From positions 12,473 through 22,445 of the forward strand of contig CAYRPF010000044.1 of the NCBI GenBank assembly GCA_964426185.1: a stretch of 9,973 nucleotides of DNA, written 5' to 3'. A program made the translations under genes and the position numbers. This document shows positions 8,077-9,973 of this stretch, in pieces (the stretch's first letter is position 1; each line of letters opens with the position of its first letter). Source of the DNA: an uncultured archaeon (GTDB lineage: Archaea > Asgardarchaeota > Lokiarchaeia > Sigyniarchaeales > Promethearchaeaceae). The notes below the pieces were generated by a model. That model saw only the letters and a list, made by a program, of their open reading frames with translations. It had not been told where the DNA came from and searched no databases.

Positions 8077-8469
8077 TTATAAAAAAAGCACAACTTTTTG
8101 AACATTCCTTAACCTAAATTTCTTAGCTTCTGCATCAATGGTTTCTAATACTCCTTCAACTCTAATTTTTGTGCCAATATATCGTTCTAAATTTTTAATT
8201 GATGCTTTAATTTCGCACTTTCGACTTTTATTCCACCACCACACAATTGAGTTCTTCTGTTCTCCAAACCAACCTAATTGATGTGTTGATAATGTAAACA
8301 TAATGCGATTTTCTTCACGAGTTTTTATTCCTAATAAATAAATATCACTGATTCTTTGTTTTGTTGAAGATTTAAGAGAGAAAGCAGAGGATACTTTCAT
8401 TATTTTTCCTACAACAGATGTTAAACCAGAAGATTTCAATTGTTTTGAAGGTGTCATAATATGTTCCAT
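8077..8469 (-). CDS. Small basic beta-rich protein, probable single OB-fold nucleic-acid-binding protein
   Basis: The strand pattern SVVGKIMKVS...IMFTLST...CEIKAS...IGTKIRVEGVLE...FRLRNVQKV resembles OB beta1-beta5. Its ATG overlaps the rfcL TAA (TAATG), which supports a real gene. Confidence 0.6.
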   Translation of the reverse strand: MEHIMTPSKQLKSSGLTSVVGKIMKVSSAFSLKSSTKQRISDIYLLGIKTREENRIMFTLSTHQLGWFGEQKNSIVWWWNKSRKCEIKASIKNLERYIGTKIRVEGVLETIDAEAKKFRLRNVQKVVLFL

Positions 8470-9845
8470 TAATTTTTAAGAATTTTATTAACCTGCTTAG
8501 AATCAACTCTTAATACTTGAGAAAAATAAGAGCGAACATCTTTTTTAGCTTCAAGTAATATGGGAATACGTGGTCGAATTTCTCGCATTATTTCATTTAA
8601 AGGAGCACGATAAAGTTTTTGGAGGATTAATGCAATTTCATCATCAGCTGTTGCTCTAATACGGAAATATCGTGGCGGTTGTATTTTTTTCATTGATGAA
8701 GTAGCACTTTGCCTCCTTAAAGGGGGTTGTTTTGCAAATCTCAATCCTCCCGAGAGAATATCATAAAAATAACTCAGATGACCATAATCTTGCGTACGCC
8801 CGATATACCCCAGAATTTTATCAGCAAATGCAAGATTTTGATATCCGTGATAAATTTCTTCTTTTTTAGAAAGAAATAAGAATAAATTCTCGTTGAGCCA
8901 TAAATGAATATTATTAAATGAAATTTCTTTCGATTCGACTTCATCTAAGACACGTTTGGCATCCTGAATGGTTTGCTGAGAAAAAAAACTATATAGTTTT
9001 TCTTGAATTTGTCCAGAATGATCCCGGTTCATATTAATCGATTCCAATTGATCTGCTTGAATTTTCAATGAACCTTGGGCTAATGCTTGTAAATCATTAA
9101 TGGCTGATCGATAGTCCCCTTGAGAACGAGTAGCAATAATTTTTATTTGATCAGATGTAATTTCTAAATTTTCATTGGTTGCAATTCTCTTGAGAATTTT
9201 TGCAATATCTACTGATTTGGCATGAGAAATCTCCAATAATGGGGAAGAAAGTTTGTATAAATCCCCAAATCTACGATAATCCTTAAAATTACAAGTCATG
9301 ATAACTGGATAACGGGAGAAGGAAATAATTTTCTTTAGTGCTGCTACCCCGCCACGATCGTTTTTTCCATGAATTCCATCAACCTCATCGATGAGAATCA
9401 ATTTACCTTGAATTTTTTTCTGTGTAAAGCTTAATAGATTAGTATTTTTTACAGTTTCTCTTAATTTTTCATTCATAGCGTCTTCAGTTCGAACATCAGA
9501 TGCATTCAATTCAATAACACTTAAGTTAAAATCATGGGCTAAAGCGTATACAATGGTGGTTTTTCCTACACCAGGTGGACCAATAAGCATTGCAGCAGTT
9601 TGGTTAGCTAATTTTGATTTAATTGATTTTAATTGTAATTCACTTTTTCTATTTTCTATTCCAGGATTTGATTTAATCTGCTTTTTCAGTTTTTTATATT
9701 TCTTCTGCAATTCGAGAAAATTGGAAATAAATTTTCGCAATTTTTCAATGACATCTTCAAACCCCACCATCTCTTGTAGACTTTGGGGACGATATTTTTC
9801 TACCCAAGGGATATCTTTATTCTTCAATTCATTCATCTCAATCAC
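8469..9845 (-). CDS. rfcL: Replication factor C large subunit (clamp loader AAA+ ATPase)
   Basis: PWVEKYRP, Walker A GPPGVGKT, IELNASD, Walker B LILIDEVDG, sensor-1 IMTCN and GDYRSAINDLQ are present. It has no SRC motif and carries the large-subunit collar (WLNEN, LAFAD...R). The start is either the GTG at 9845 (overlapping the upstream TGA) or the ATG at 9836. Confidence 0.95.
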   Translation of the reverse strand: MIEMNELKNKDIPWVEKYRPQSLQEMVGFEDVIEKLRKFISNFLELQKKYKKLKKQIKSNPGIENRKSELQLKSIKSKLANQTAAMLIGPPGVGKTTIVYALAHDFNLSVIELNASDVRTEDAMNEKLRETVKNTNLLSFTQKKIQGKLILIDEVDGIHGKNDRGGVAALKKIISFSRYPVIMTCNFKDYRRFGDLYKLSSPLLEISHAKSVDIAKILKRIATNENLEITSDQIKIIATRSQGDYRSAINDLQALAQGSLKIQADQLESINMNRDHSGQIQEKLYSFFSQQTIQDAKRVLDEVESKEISFNNIHLWLNENLFLFLSKKEEIYHGYQNLAFADKILGYIGRTQDYGHLSYFYDILSGGLRFAKQPPLRRQSATSSMKKIQPPRYFRIRATADDEIALILQKLYRAPLNEIMREIRPRIPILLEAKKDVRSYFSQVLRVDSKQVNKILKN

Positions 9846-9973
9846 GTAAAATTTAATTTTCCAATCAAATTCATTTGAATTAACAGATTTAATAGTTGAA
9901 TTTCATCACTTTGTGAATCTTTTGACTCAAAATCACAGTTTGCGATTAAATCAAGATACAATGCTTGAACATG
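9842..9973 (-). CDS. rfcS: Replication factor C small subunit, C-terminal fragment (5' truncated by the window edge)
   Basis: Manual translation gives HVQALYLDLIANCDFESKDSQSDEIQLLNLLIQMNLIGKLNFT*, which resembles the RFC-S C-terminal collar pattern (D-x-I-x3-DF...E-IQL-x2-LL). Its TGA overlaps the rfcL GTG (GTGA), and rfcS-rfcL is a common archaeal gene order. Confidence 0.75.
   Translation of the reverse strand, partial: HVQALYLDLIANCDFESKDSQSDEIQLLNLLIQMNLIGKLNFT

Noticed and set aside
7995-8469. Two consecutive genes both begin with M-E-H (ATGGAACA)
   Set aside because: The similarity does not extend beyond about 8 nt, so there is no evidence of duplication.
1440-9845. Idea that the RING protein acts on PCNA/RFC in a Rad18-like role because it is nearby
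   Set aside because: The genes are 5 kb apart with two transporter genes between them, one on the opposite strand, and no clear PIP motif links them.
9553-9849. 98-aa plus-strand ORF
   Set aside because: Antisense to the conserved N-terminus of rfcL.
9865-9878. TCAAAT-N2-ATTTGA, similar to the palindrome at 8020-8037
   Set aside because: It has a different spacer, lies within rfcS coding sequence, and is likely by chance in AT-rich DNA.
1-9973. CRISPR arrays, tRNA/rRNA genes, inteins, IS elements or recoded stop codons
   Set aside because: No periodic repeats, GC-rich structured islands, transposase motifs or interrupted frames were seen; the ORFs tile the window under the standard archaeal code.

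Overview
AT-rich, gene-dense archaeal chromosomal DNA, most likely from an Asgard (Lokiarchaeia-like) archaeon; the taxonomy is an inference from gene content. The right end holds a tightly coupled minus-strand unit: the 3' end of an RFC small subunit gene (missed by the ORF track), an RFC large subunit gene, and a small probable OB-fold gene, followed on the same strand by a 1154-aa double FtsX/MacB-type ABC permease with no ATPase in the window. The left half encodes a HAD-fold protein with degenerate catalytic motifs, a helical protein with two MIT/TPR-like repeats, a 661-aa coiled-coil protein with a C-terminal C4HC3 RING-like finger, and an EamA/DMT transporter. No RNA genes, CRISPR arrays, inteins or mobile elements are evident. 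The best leads are the OB-fold gene coupled to an atypical RFC-L, and the abutting RING and MIT-like genes.
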